From assembly GCA_037447605.1 (NCBI GenBank), contig CM074822.1:643492-707491 (forward strand): a DNA stretch of 64,000 nt. Reading direction: 5' to 3'. The notes beneath the pieces are model-generated. The model searched no databases, was not told where the DNA came from, and saw only the letters and a program-made list of their open reading frames with translations. This DNA comes from Zygnema circumcarinatum SAG 698-1b. Taxonomy: Eukaryota; Plantae; Zygnematophyceae. This document shows, in pieces, positions 14,479-25,966 of the stretch. The stretch's first letter is position 1. Every line of letters starts with the position of its first letter. The position numbers were made by a program, and so were the translations under genes.

Positions 14479-15171
14479 GCAATGCAAGGTTTTCTGCAAG
14501 TCAAGGTTTTCTTCAATGCAAGGTTTTCTTCAATGCAAGGTTTGCTGCATTGAAAGGTTTTCTGCAATGCAAGGTTTTCTTCAATGCAATGTTTTCTTCA
14601 ATGCAAGGTTTTCTTCAATGCAATGTTTTCTTCAATGCAAGGTTTTTGTAAGGCAAGGTTTTCTTCAATGCAAGGTTTTCTTCAATGCAAGGTTTGCTGC
14701 AATGAAAGGTTTTTTGCAATGCAAGGTTTTCTTCAATGCAAGGTTTTCTTCAATGCAAGGTTTGCTGCAATGAATGGTTTTCTGCAATGCAAGGTTTTCT
14801 TCAATGCAAGGCAAGGTTTTCTTCAATGCAAGGCAAGGTTTTCTTCAATGCAAGGTTTTCTTCAATGCAAGGTTTTCTGCAATGCAAGGTTTTCTTCAAT
14901 GCAAGGTTTTCTTCAATGCAAGGTTTTCTTCAATGCAAGGTTTTCTTCAATGCAAGGTTTTCTTCAATGCAAGGTTTTCTGCAATGCAAGGTTTTCTTCA
15001 ATGCAAGGTTTTCTTCAATGCAAGGTTTTCTTCAATGCAAGGTTTTCTTCAATGCAAGGTTTTCTTCAATGCAAGGTTTTCTTCAATGCAAGGTTTTCTT
15101 CAATGCAAGGTTTTCTTCAATGCAAGGCAAGGTTTTCTTCAATGCAAGGTTTTCTGCAAGGCAAGGTTTTC
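14479..15171 (+). repeat. 17-bp satellite, ~41 units, module copy 2
   Basis: Same unit as 11589-12404. Confidence 0.95.
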
Positions 15172-17206
15172 GTCTTCAAGTTGGGAAAATAATTGTGCAA
15201 AATGTGGAGGAGTCGAGCGGAGTTTCCCAGTCTTGTATCGAATGTTTCAGCACAGATTGTTTGGAGGCTGAGGATTGGCACACTGTGGTGGCTCAATCGA
15301 TGAGGCGATGAAATCATCGTCCATTGAGATTCTGGGAGAGGACCTTGTACGCCTCAAGCATCCCGGCGTTGTCGGAAAATGTGAGGAGGGATAGCTCGAC
15401 TCGCTTACAATCAGAGAGAGCCATCAGCATTGGAGTCGGAAATGAGTCCGATCGAATCTGCACTGCAGCGGAGAGGTTAGAAGGCGATTCACAGCAATCG
15501 GTTGTGAGTGAAGTCGATGGAAATGCCGGTGGAAGAACACAATGCAAAAGCTGTTTGCTCACAGGAGGATACGCGTGAAGAAGGGGGGGCTTCACGTAGA
15601 GGAAATTACGGAAGGCCGGGATGGTGGTGAGGGAGAGACTGTAGTGCGGGAAAAAACAGGAGGAGGCAATGAAGTGGAAGGAATGGTTAAGACAGTGGTA
15701 TCAATTGTGGCATTCTTCTCAGGCTCAGCGATCCTCGTAGTCACTGCAGTGCCTGTGGTGGAGAAGAGCATGTCTTGCAGAGTGGTTAGTGATATTGTGA
15801 CTGACTACTGGAGGTTTTGGGCTTAGAGACGGAGGAGAGCCTTGTACGTACGCCTTAAAAGGCATCGGAGAGGGGAATTATGGCGGTGGGCGTGCTGAAT
15901 GCCCCCTGGGGAACCCATGGAGAAGCTGCTACATAGATTTCCAGTGTACATTTTGGTATGGAGAGAGAGGGGTAGGGGCGAGGGCTTGGTGTGTTCTTGG
16001 AAAGTCCAAAAATTTGTGCAATTTTCAGCACGGAAGGATACTCTCTGTGAAGATGCAGCATGAGCAGTGAGTGCCTCATTCGGAAGCCTCGTTTCGGAAT
16101 GGAGTGCTCAGCTGAAGCTAATGCGCTCAAGAGAAGGCGGAGGAGGACGAGGAGACCGGTGGAGGGCAGAGTGGTGGCATGTGAGGGGACTTCTGAAGAA
16201 TTTGATTGTGTGTGTTCATAATTTGTTTTGGAAGGCGTGGGAAGTGGAGGAGTTTGTCGGACTTACGCCTGACTATGTCTCACACTCAAGTTTCAACACG
16301 GGCTCACGATTGGCCGGGGGGGGGGGGAGGGGGGGAGGCTTTATGATTTTGGAAGCAGCCATTTTATGATCGACTTGAGGTTAGCATCGGGCTCCGTTAC
16401 CTTTGTTGACTTTACATAACAACCCCTCGAAAATAAAGGGGAGGGTTCATCTTCTGAGGCAGGCTTGCCCCAGAGGTCCTCATAGGCATTTGAGTGACAG
16501 GAGAGTGTGTTGTATATACGTGAACAGTAGTACTAGTGTCATGATGCAGGGCAGTTGCATCCAGTTCAGTTTAATTCAGTTCAGCTACAGCGACAGCTAC
16601 AGTTCTGTTGTGCCTGTCTTGATTCTTTTGTTCCAAACACTTTCTCAGTTTTGGTAGATGGCAAAACATCAGAGAGCTTGCTGGTGTGTGGTCTGCCTTA
16701 GTGAATCCCCTTCTGTGTAACACTCGAGGGAGAGAGGGGTTGGGAAGACCTCTAGCGGTAGCTTCCTCTCCTCCCTCCCTCCCTCCCTCCAGACTGGCGG
16801 GTCGATGTTGTGGTAACATCTGCTTATAAGGAGGACGTGCCGGCTCGAGTGTGTTTCAAGCTTTGTACTATGAAATGTGGGCCCATGGAAGGAAGAGCCT
16901 TTGGATGCTCTTTCCTCTTTCCTGGTTTTGAGAGATGCACTTCCTTAGCTTATGGTTGGGTGTGTCCTTTAGTCTCGGGAAGGAAAGTATGCCACTCTCC
17001 CTCTCCGTTTGGTCCCCATTTGAAGGCCAACCGTTGGCCGTCACATGCCGTAAAGCCGTTGCGTTTGCAACACATTTCCAACAGCGTGGTTCTATGCTCG
17101 TTCTAACGTCACGCGTTGCTCCGATGACGTCATCAGCATAGCGTGGTATCGTGTCGCGACGTAACGACAAGAGCCACTCACTCGACTGCCCTCGCTCAGT
17201 GCTTGA

Positions 17207-17720
17207 CTCAGGTCGGAGCCATTGGACCAACCATTGCTCCAGTGGCTGCCAACCATCGCGAGCCAGCCAGCCAACCAATGCCAATGGTTGTAACCGTTGG
17301 CTGGCTACATAGCCAACCATTGCCAATGACTGCAACCATTGGACCCTCGATTCCCGACCCACCGAAGAAGCAATTAGCCATCTTGATGAAGATGGAATTT
17401 CCCAAACTGTTCTATAGAGGGCTTTGATGTGTGAAGGTTCCGGTTGTCTTCACCTCATTAAAACGCATCAAGCAAATTTAGTAAGCCTCAAGAAGCATGC
17501 TTCTCACCTGAGCGCAGCAGAGATGGTGCAAGAAAGTCTCACCGTACTTTGAGTTGATGTTTTTTGCGTATTGAGTGAGCCAGCGAAACAATCTTTTGGG
17601 CCTGATACTACATAGCCAACCATTGCCAATGACTGCAACCATTGGACCCTCGATTCCCGACCCACCCAACCATTGCCAGTGGTTGCAGCCATTGGCTGGC
17701 TGCCAAGCCAACCATACGAT
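17207..17720. mobile_element. CCAACCATTGG-family MITE copy carrying a 244-bp insertion between 59-bp direct repeats
   Basis: Left TIR-like CAGGTCGGAGCCATTGGA and many CCAACCATTG/CCAATGGTT motifs. 17305-17363 equals 17608-17666, flanking unrelated 17364-17607. Confidence 0.7.
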
Positions 17721-17771
17721 ACGTATGGACATACATGAACTCTAACATAATTCCGCTCGCCTATTGGTAAC

Positions 17772-18154
17772 TAGGGATGGCCCGCGTTATAAATTCCGAA
17801 TACATTATATACTTTACAACGGGTTTAAAAGTAGTAATATATTATAAAGTAAAAGACTTTATTATATATTATACCCACTCGTTTTGAACAATTATCGACC
17901 GTACGATCGTAGTCGTACGGCCGTACGGTCATACCATACCAAAATTAGGTCGTTTTGGCGTTGGCGCTGCGAAATGCGTCCGTCTGGTTCACTCTGTCTG
18001 TCGTACATCCATACCGCATAATACCGTACAATCGTATGTTCGTACGACCGTACATGTTGTAAAGGCGTTGTAAAGTAATATATATCAGCCGTTATCTAGT
18101 CGTCACAGTTGTATAATATAATATATATTATATAGTCGTAATTAATCCATCCCA
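17772..18154. mobile_element. hAT-family MITE, AT-rich
   Basis: TIR TAGGGATGG / CCATCCCA (1-nt loss). 8-bp TSD TTGGTAAC / TTGGTAGC (7 of 8). Internal CCGTACG repeats. Confidence 0.75.
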
Positions 18155-18214
18155 TTGGTAGCACGGACCTTATATTTGCCAAATACAATATTTTCGCGTG
18201 ATATTTGCCAAAAC

Positions 18215-18375
18215 TAGGGGGTGTCAGACTTAAAAAATTTCAGTACGCGTGTTCGTAAGTTTGACATCAGAACGAGTACTCCAGTATAATAGCGATCCTT
18301 CTGCGGCGGAGTACTTTCGTAACCTTTTTTTTCGTAACGCTTTTCGTAAGATTTTGTTAAGTCTGACACCCCCTA
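18215..18375. mobile_element. 161-bp MITE with perfect 19-bp TIRs
   Basis: TAGGGGGTGTCAGACTTAA at 18215-18233 and its exact reverse complement at 18357-18375. No TSD is recognisable. Confidence 0.75.
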
Positions 18376-18419
18376 CTATGGCGTAAATATTATGGGGTCC
18401 TACTTTATTAATATTGTCT

Positions 18420-18615
18420 CTTTCCGTACCGTATCGTACCGTCTTCTCGTAGTGTGGTGTAGCGTATCGTATAATATCGTCACTTGATTTATCGTATCAT
18501 ATTGCTATATCGTGCCATAACAAACGTTTCTGCATTGTATCGTATTGTACCTAAATGTATCGTAGCGTATCGTAATCTTTGTATCGTGTCGTGTCTCTCG
18601 TATCGTACCATATCG
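18420..18615. repeat. Degenerate (TATCG/CGTAT)n repeat, probably transposon subterminal DNA
   Basis: Dense CGTATCGTA-like motifs. Confidence 0.7.
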
Positions 18616-19345
18616 GCTCGTTTTTTCAAGACATTCGGACGCCACAAGCGCGTCATGTCGAGCACGCCCACTCGGACGCCTCTCGACCAGTAATATCCCG
18701 CCACGTGTAATACCGTCCAAATCTACAATCAGCAGCTCACAGGCGCAAAACCGCACAGAACGACAAAATCTCGCACCTCGCAATCTTGCCTGACACCTGT
18801 CGCTTTCTGTCAAGACTGTTTTGTCGTTTACTGCCACGTTGCGACCAAAACTGCCCTCTTTTTGCCGTATCCAACCTCGACGCCTCCAAACGACAGCGAG
18901 GTCAACCTGCACTTCCAACCACCTCGACCAATCACAACCAACCACGTCATCCATAAAATCTCCAGAAAACCAATTGGAATCCGCCACGTCAACGCTAAAT
19001 TCAGCAATTATCCAATCAGCGTCAAACACGTCACTTTCTCATAGATTCGGTCTTCCCTGATTCGCCGGTTCTGAAGTTGGTTACCTCTCCGCTCGCCACG
19101 TGCCACCTCCGCTTCCTGGGAATCTTCGAGAGCTGCTGACGTGGCAGCCCGCCGGCGCTCCCTCGCGCTCCCTCGCGCTCCGAAAAATCGCTTGCGTCGC
19201 GTCCGCCGACCCAATCCCGTCCAAATTTGGTACATAACCGTACAGTATGTGTACGAAGTGGTACAAAAGTCGTACGATTTGTGCTGTGTGGGATATTGGT
19301 CCGTACAGTACAAACCCACACGCTTACCCATGCCTCTGTAAATAA

Positions 19346-19850
19346 GGGGATTCCCTTAAACATATAAAGATACATATACAAACATTTTCAAGGGACATTG
19401 TGAGATTATTCTATGGGATTTTGAGAAACAGGAAACTTTCACACTTTGGCACTTTCATTTTGAGACAAATGAGGGTTAATGGCATTTATCTCACGCATGG
19501 CGAGGCCATCAAATGTACATATACATCAGCATCATACGGAACCACGAGGAACTGGTCGCAGAGGACCTAAGCACAAAAGGAGGGATTATAAGGGATATGT
19601 TGCAATGCAAACACCTCACCTTAGGTCCTCTGCGCCCAGTTAGTTCCTCGTGGTTCCCCATGATGCTGGTTTCGTCCATGTACATTTGATGGCCTCGCCA
19701 TTTTGAGATCGATGCCACTTTCATTTTACTTTCATGCATATGCCCATTTTACTCTAAAGCAAACCCAAATATCCGACAATCCTTTATTCGTCCCTTAAAA
19801 AATATATATGGGACGGCCAATAATCTATTTATGGGAGTTAAGGGATCCCC
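19346..19850. mobile_element. Putative TIR element containing a nested fold-back
   Basis: Ends GGGGATTCCCTTAA / TTAAGGGATCCCC, similar to the terminus at 693-708. Flanks TAA / TAC are not a clean TSD. Internal inverted repeat 19481-19571 vs 19620-19716. Confidence 0.5.
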
Positions 19851-20574
19851 TACACAGGTTCCCTTAATTTTCGAGGCCTGCGCTTACCGTTTGGTTGGTT
19901 TGTCGTACTGTATTTGACCGTACGGGACGGCAACCGCCCATTCCGGTAACCTTCATAACCGCTCCGCCGCCGGCCGCCAGTCGCTCTCCTCTCTCTCGCT
20001 CTCTCGCTCTCTCGCTCTCTCGCTGGCGGGCGGGCTCCCGTCCCTCCCTCTCCCTCTCTCCCTCTCTCCCTCTCTCCCTCTCTCTCCCTCTCTCATCCTC
20101 TCCCGACGCTCTCTCCCACCTCACTATCCCTCTCCCTGTCCTGTCTCCCACTTCCTCGATTTCAACTCGTTCTCCCCTGTCTTTCATTCTCTCGCACTCG
20201 CACCTCGCTATCCCTCTCCTGTGTCACTCTTTCTCGCATGCGAACCTCCCTTACCCTCTTCTGTCTCCCTCTCGCCCGCACTCCTACCTCTCTTATTTTC
20301 TACTGTCGCCCTCTTTCCTCGCACTCCCACCTGTCGCTCCCTCTCCTGTGTCTCCCTCCCTCTCCCGCGTCTCTCTGCCTTGAACTCCCACCTCGTCTCT
20401 GACTCAAGATCGTGTCCTACAACTATCTCTCACTCGAAACCTCTCCCTCTCCTCGTCTTATTTTCTTCTCTCTAGTCTGACCCCACTTCGCCCACTGGAG
20501 TGTAGCATGAGAAGTTCCTCAAGTTCCTCCTAACCACGCCTTCTCCTTCTTCCGTACATCCCCCTTCGGAATCA

Positions 20575-23500
20575 ATGGTTGCCGCCGCCTTGCCCTCCCT
20601 TCCCCTTCCCTCTCCCAAGCTCCTCCAAGAGGAGGCCCTCTCTCTCCCGCCCCCACTCACACCTCTCATCGCCTCTCTCCCTCCTCTATGCACCTCCGAC
20701 GAATCTCGATGGCGAGCCATAGAATTCGGAAACCCCAAAAGCCTCTCCTTCCAAGTCCTCCTCTTCGACCTCCTCCAGCATCAGCTCTGCTCTCCCTGGC
20801 AAGACATTCCCCTCCATGAAGGAAGCGGTTTCTTCAACTTCATCTGCACAGCTCCCCGAGAGAGCACTGAGCCTCTGGAGGCAGCCGAGGGAGAGTGCTT
20901 CCACCCTCTGCGTGTGAAGATCAGAAACGGGAAGCCATGGCGGTTCTCTCAACCCTCCCCATGGACCCTCGGCATGCTCCCCCAGACATGGGCTCATGCA
21001 GACCATCCATCTCAAGACTCCCCAGGAATCCCTTTCGATGGAAAACCCATCGAAGTAGTGGAGATTGGATCGAGGAAGGCGAGTTTGGGGGAAGTGTATC
21101 CCGTGAAGCCTTTGGCTTCTTTTGCAGTGATAGAGGATGCGGCGGTACTTTCTTGGAAGGTGGTGGCGATGGATGCGCGGGATGAGAGGGCGAGCAAGCT
21201 TGAAGATGTGGGCGACCTTCAGAGGGACATGCCGGGAGTGCTGGAAGGGGTCAGGGACTGGCTGAGGACCATGTACTGCTCGGGCCCAGGTGGGTCAGAC
21301 TACCCCTCTCTCTCTCCCTCTCAATCCCTCTCTCTGTCTCTCAATCTCTCACACTCTCTGTCTCTCTCTTTTTCTCCCTCTCTCTCTATCTCTAAATCTC
21401 TCACTCTCTCTTTCTCTCCCACTGTTGCTCTCTTTCTCTCTCTTTATCAATCTCTCCCTCTCTGTGTCTCTCTGCTTCTCTCTCTGTCTCTTTCTCTCCT
21501 TCTCTTTCTGTTTCTCTTTAAAGTTAGCTTTACTTCATTTGTTTTCTATTTGTTATCGTTTTATGAAGTCTTCGCTGCTACTCATGGGAATTGGAACCGT
21601 CCTTCAAAAAACTGTTAGCTACTGCGCCTGGGCTTTGGATGTGTCGGTTTCGCTTTCCCCTGAAAACGAAAAAAAAAAAAAAAGCTGTCCTCCTACATCT
21701 GTTTTCAAGATACAGATCCAAAGTGAAACCGTAACTGAGCCTATTTCTATGTTAAAATGTCCTGAAATCCGTGCAGGCGATCTACCGAACGCATTTGGGT
21801 TCAACGAAAGGCCGCTCGGGAAGCACGTGACTGTGCAAACTGTGGCCCACGTGCATGCCACGTGGCAGCTCCTGCATGAAGATCTGATCAAGGAACCTCC
21901 TGCAATTGCAACTCATTTTCCATTGCAGATGCAGCTCCTTGAACCGCCGGAGAATACGAGGCAGCTCTTGAAGACTTCTTCCAAATTGGAGGCCTCTTTT
22001 GCTTCTCTTGAACCCAAAATTTTTCTTAGAAACGTGTCTCCCAGTGATGGAGAGTCTTTGGATGGAGGGAGTGTGGACGGAGAGAGTGGTGAATTTTCAA
22101 GCTCGGTCTCCTCTACTCCTGATGCAAGCAGCAACTGTGGGGACTCCCTTACTGAAGAAACTCCCTTAAGTAAGAAGAAGGGAGGAGGGTTTCTGCGGTT
22201 CTTGAGGGAAAAAGTGAAGTTGCCGACGATACCTTCTCCAGAAGGAGGCCTATTTTTCCTGAAATCGAGTCCTCGCAGCTCGGAGATGGAGTACTTATCA
22301 TCGGAAAGTAGTGGGGGAGAGAGTGCAGGTTTGAGTCCCTCTCCCTCTCCCTCTCCCTCTCCCTCTCCGGGACAGCAAATAGTGAACAAGCCATTGTTGG
22401 GAACTATTGAGGAGGTGACATCTGGCAAGATACCGGAAGCATCGCAGGAGAAAGGGAGTGCAGAAGATGAAGATATTCCTCTGAGTTGGCCGCCCACGCC
22501 TGTAAGTGACAGAGAAATATGCGCCTCTCCTATGTTTGAAAAGGAACGGTTTGCGAAGGGAAGGGTCCGACCTACCTCGGTTGTCGAACAGCCTCTCAAG
22601 GTGGAAACTCAGTCTCCCGAAGTGGGCTCTCAGCTTCTGCAGGAAAGGGATGATGATGGTTTTGAGAGCAATAGATTTGATGTGAAAGGAAATGATGAGA
22701 CGTTGGTGCAAGATGGTGCCATTCAGTTGCAGCAAGTTGAAGAAGGTGGTAAGGCTGAGGAAGGATTAAGGCATAGAGAGCCGTCAGGTCATCAGAAGCT
22801 AAGAAAGAGTTGGTCTAGCAATGCGATTTATGTGGGGAAGACGGAGATTTCAGAAGCACTGTTGGAAGTGGGTGACGAGAGATGGAGGCGCGTTGTGGCA
22901 GAAGACAGTGTATGGAGAAATTCTCATCCTCCGCGAGATGTACGGGGGGAGAGGCCCATCAGCGAATTACCGTACAGAACCCCGAAGGCATTTCAGGGCC
23001 TTCCAGGGAAAGATTTCAGGAGAGAAGAAGTTTCAGAGCATAGACTTCCCCGCAGGAGTTCCACAGAATATGCAGCAGAGGAGGCAACACCCGGCCGGGG
23101 ACAGCCGTGGGAACTCAGACGCTCCTCTACCTATCACGTGCCATTGAAGGATGAAGATTCTATGTCTCCGAGTTTTGGAAAGTCAGCATATCAGGGAGGG
23201 AGGGAGTCTCCACAAACATTGAGAAGTTTTGAAGCTCGGCCGCATAACATGAGCCCTCGCGAAGGTTTCAGGAGCAGCATGATCTCAGACGACCTTGGAA
23301 AGGGAAGGAGCATGGAGAGGGTCCACATTCAAGTTCAATCAGAGAGCAAACCTCGTCAACTGGGAAGGCTCCCTCCGTGCAGTCCAAACTCCTTGGAGTA
23401 CAGAAACTTCAGCGACTTTCAGAGAGAGAGAAGAGAAGACATTTACCTCGGCTCCTCTATTGCATTGAGCAGAGCAAGGCTGGAGGAGAGGCGAGAGGTG

Positions 23501-23764
23501 AGAGAGTTAACTCGAAGCCGAAGTGCAAATGGGAGGGCGGAAGAGAGGAAGAGGACCCTGGTCAGTGCGCCGCGTGAGCTGATGCCTGCAGGAGAGAGAA
23601 CAGAAAAGACTCTCTGGGAAGAAGCCTTGCAGCAATACTCGCAGGAGAGAGAGAGAGAGAAAGTGAGAGAGAGGAGGGAGAGCGAGAGAGACAGAGACTG
23701 CAGGAGGGCTCCTAGATACCCTCAAACAGGGCTGCCAAGGAGGTGCCCGGAGCCAAAGAGATGA
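20575..23764 (+). CDS. Family-I soluble inorganic pyrophosphatase-like protein (plastid PPa6-like fold) with degenerate active site and long disordered C-terminus, ~900 aa
   Basis: Exons 20575-21289 and 21777-23764 (phase 1). SPWQDIPL, FNFI, GMLPQTW, VVEIG, VKPLA, WKVVA, VRDWLR and NAFGFNERP align with sPPase. Catalytic DNDPxD reads DGKPIE and DEGELDWK reads EDAAVLSWK. Confidence 0.88.
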
Positions 23765-23995
23765 CGTGGCGTGACGTGGACCAATCAAGACTTGTCACGT
23801 GGTGAACTGCTGACATGGACCAATATAATTGATTGGTGTAGACAGTTTGAAATAGGGCTGGAAAGGAGGAAGTGAAGTGAAGTGAATAAGGGGTCCTAAT
23901 AGGGGTGACAAGGAGGAGGCTCGAGCCATGAGGTGACGTGGCGTGACATGGACCAATCAAAACTTGACAGGTGGCTTCAGTGCTGACGTGGCACT
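23762..23995 (+). repeat. ~60-bp direct repeat rich in TGACGTGG and CCAAT, first copy overlapping the stop codon
   Basis: TGACGTGGCGTGACGTGGACCAATCAAGACTTG at 23762 vs TGACGTGGCGTGACATGGACCAATCAAAACTTG at 23935. Confidence 0.7.
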
Positions 23996-24725
23996 ATATA
24001 CTGTATTGGCCCAAAATTTACGGGACACTTGCCGATTGGCCGAGCCGGCTCGAGTTTAATTTGCTAACCCTTTCTATGTACTAGTTTGGCGTTTGACATA
24101 ACTTACGGAACTGCACGAAACTGTACGGTATGATGTACGGTGTCGACATATTGTACAGGCGGATCGATTCGACGCAGTTCCGATCGGATCCGTTTAACTG
24201 GTTTAGACATATAGCTAGTTCGTGGTGGAATGGGTCGTAGTAGGATCGATAGGAGGGAATGTTTGGGTTGAAGCTACACTCAAAATTTGAGTTTTTTTTC
24301 CCCAAGAGGCTTTGGGGTTGCTGTGAAGGTTGGGGCCATGAACGAGCATGTTTTTGGGAACTTGGGAGGAACGTAGCAACTAGACTTGGGAAGCATAAGG
24401 TGGTGTTGATGAAGCGACAAGGTTTGGGGTTGGGATGATGTGTTCATTACTTCTTTAAACACGGCAAGGACGCGGCAGACAACCAGTAGGGCATGAGAAC
24501 AATGTTCCTCATACATGGTCAAGCTGGACAAAGCTGGTTTTCACAAGTTGAGATACGGGCAATGTCGTGTTCAACACTTTCTTGCAATACAAGGATTCAC
24601 GAATTATGCCTTGAAGTGTGTTATTTTCTCAAGTATGTGCGCAATTTCTTCCTTATGCATGTGTATGCGCGCATGTCTGAATCGTCAGTCGTCCAAGGCC
24701 AATTCGCCACGTGTAGACAATTGCG

Positions 24726-25316
24726 CACGTCGGACCAACCATTGGATCAAGCATTGGAATGGTTTGCCGACCGTTTGGATTCAATGGTTGGCAAACATTG
24801 GGGCCAATGGTTGCAACTATTCAATGGCGGAAAAGTCAACCAATGGTTGGAACGGAGCACCCAACCACTGCTAATGGCTGAAGTCATTGAATTCAATGGG
24901 TGGTTGCTAATAGTCCGAGCCATTCGTTGGGACCTAGTCAGGATGAAATCGGTTTTTTTTTTCTTTCCCAAACATTATACGAAATAACTTTGTCATGAAG
25001 ACTGTCTATTTTAACATTTCAAAACATTGCCAATGATTGTCAACCATTTTAACGGTTCCAAACATTGGCGAAGGACCCAACCAACCATGGCCGATCATTG
25101 CCAATGGTTGGAACCATTGGATCTCAGTGGTTGCCAACCATTGCTACTGGTTGCCATCCATTGATGTCGGACCAAGCCAGCCATTGCTAATGGTTGCAAC
25201 CATTAATTGTCAATGGCTGCCAACCATTGTAATGGCTATAACCCATTGCCAACCATTGCCAACCATTGCAAACCAATGGTTGGCCAATGCTTAACGATCC
25301 AATGGTCCGACCCCTG
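24726..25316. mobile_element. CCAACCATTGG-family MITE copy or copies
   Basis: Right TIR ATCCAATGGTCCGACCCCTG ending at 25316. Degenerate left end CACGTCGGACC...CATTGGATC. Dense CCAACCATTG motifs. Confidence 0.65.
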
Positions 25317-25966
25317 CAAAATTGTAGGGATTTCAGGTATTGACAGTGCCAGATATCATGATTCTGAATACATTCAAAACAGTTACAGCCATCAGAAGTG
25401 AGCAGAATTGGTTCAAGTTGAACTGACAACTGGTGCTTGAGTGGTACTCAAGAAGCGCCACAAATTTCCGGTGCTCGGCCCTGCAAACTTCACCACAAAG
25501 TGTGAAGTGAAGGTGCAGCAAACGGTGAGGAGAGGGTGGGAAGAAGGAAAGGATGGAGGGGGTGATGAGAGGAAGGAGGGGGGGAGGCTGTGGGGTGAGA
25601 GAGGGAGGGAATGTGGTCGGGAAGGTGGGAAAGAGGGTGGGATCTACGGGGGGAAGGGAGGGAGGGAGGGAGGGAGGGAGGGAGGGTAAGGGACGAAGGG
25701 AGGGAGATAGAAGAGAGTGGAGGGAGTGGGATACGATAGTTTCTCCCTCAGCGGGAGACAAGGGAGAGCGGGAGAGGGAGTGGGAAAGAGAGAGAGAAAC
25801 AGACCCACGTGTATTTACTTTCGCCTAATGACAATTCGCCACGTGTACAAAATTGCTTACGTGGCGAGTAATGGATTGGCCAATGTTTTCCAGAAAAGGC
25901 GTTGTAGCAGAAAGGCAAAAAAACATCCCATAGCCATTGTAGGGCTCCTCGTGCATTCAGACAGCC

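Noticed and set aside
10944-15311. Cys/Phe-rich (MQGFLQCKVFFNARFSS) and Arg/Gly-rich or Pro/Leu-rich repeat proteins
   Set aside because: All frames are open because of 17-bp and 11-bp satellites; the period is not a multiple of three, and there is no splice or start context.
15172-16900. Coding-looking unique DNA with several 80-100 aa ORFs (one with a signal-like LLVLLRLLLSALASA stretch on -)
   Set aside because: No in-frame ATG or consistent exon chain and no recognisable family motif; left unannotated, possibly a decayed gene or UTR.
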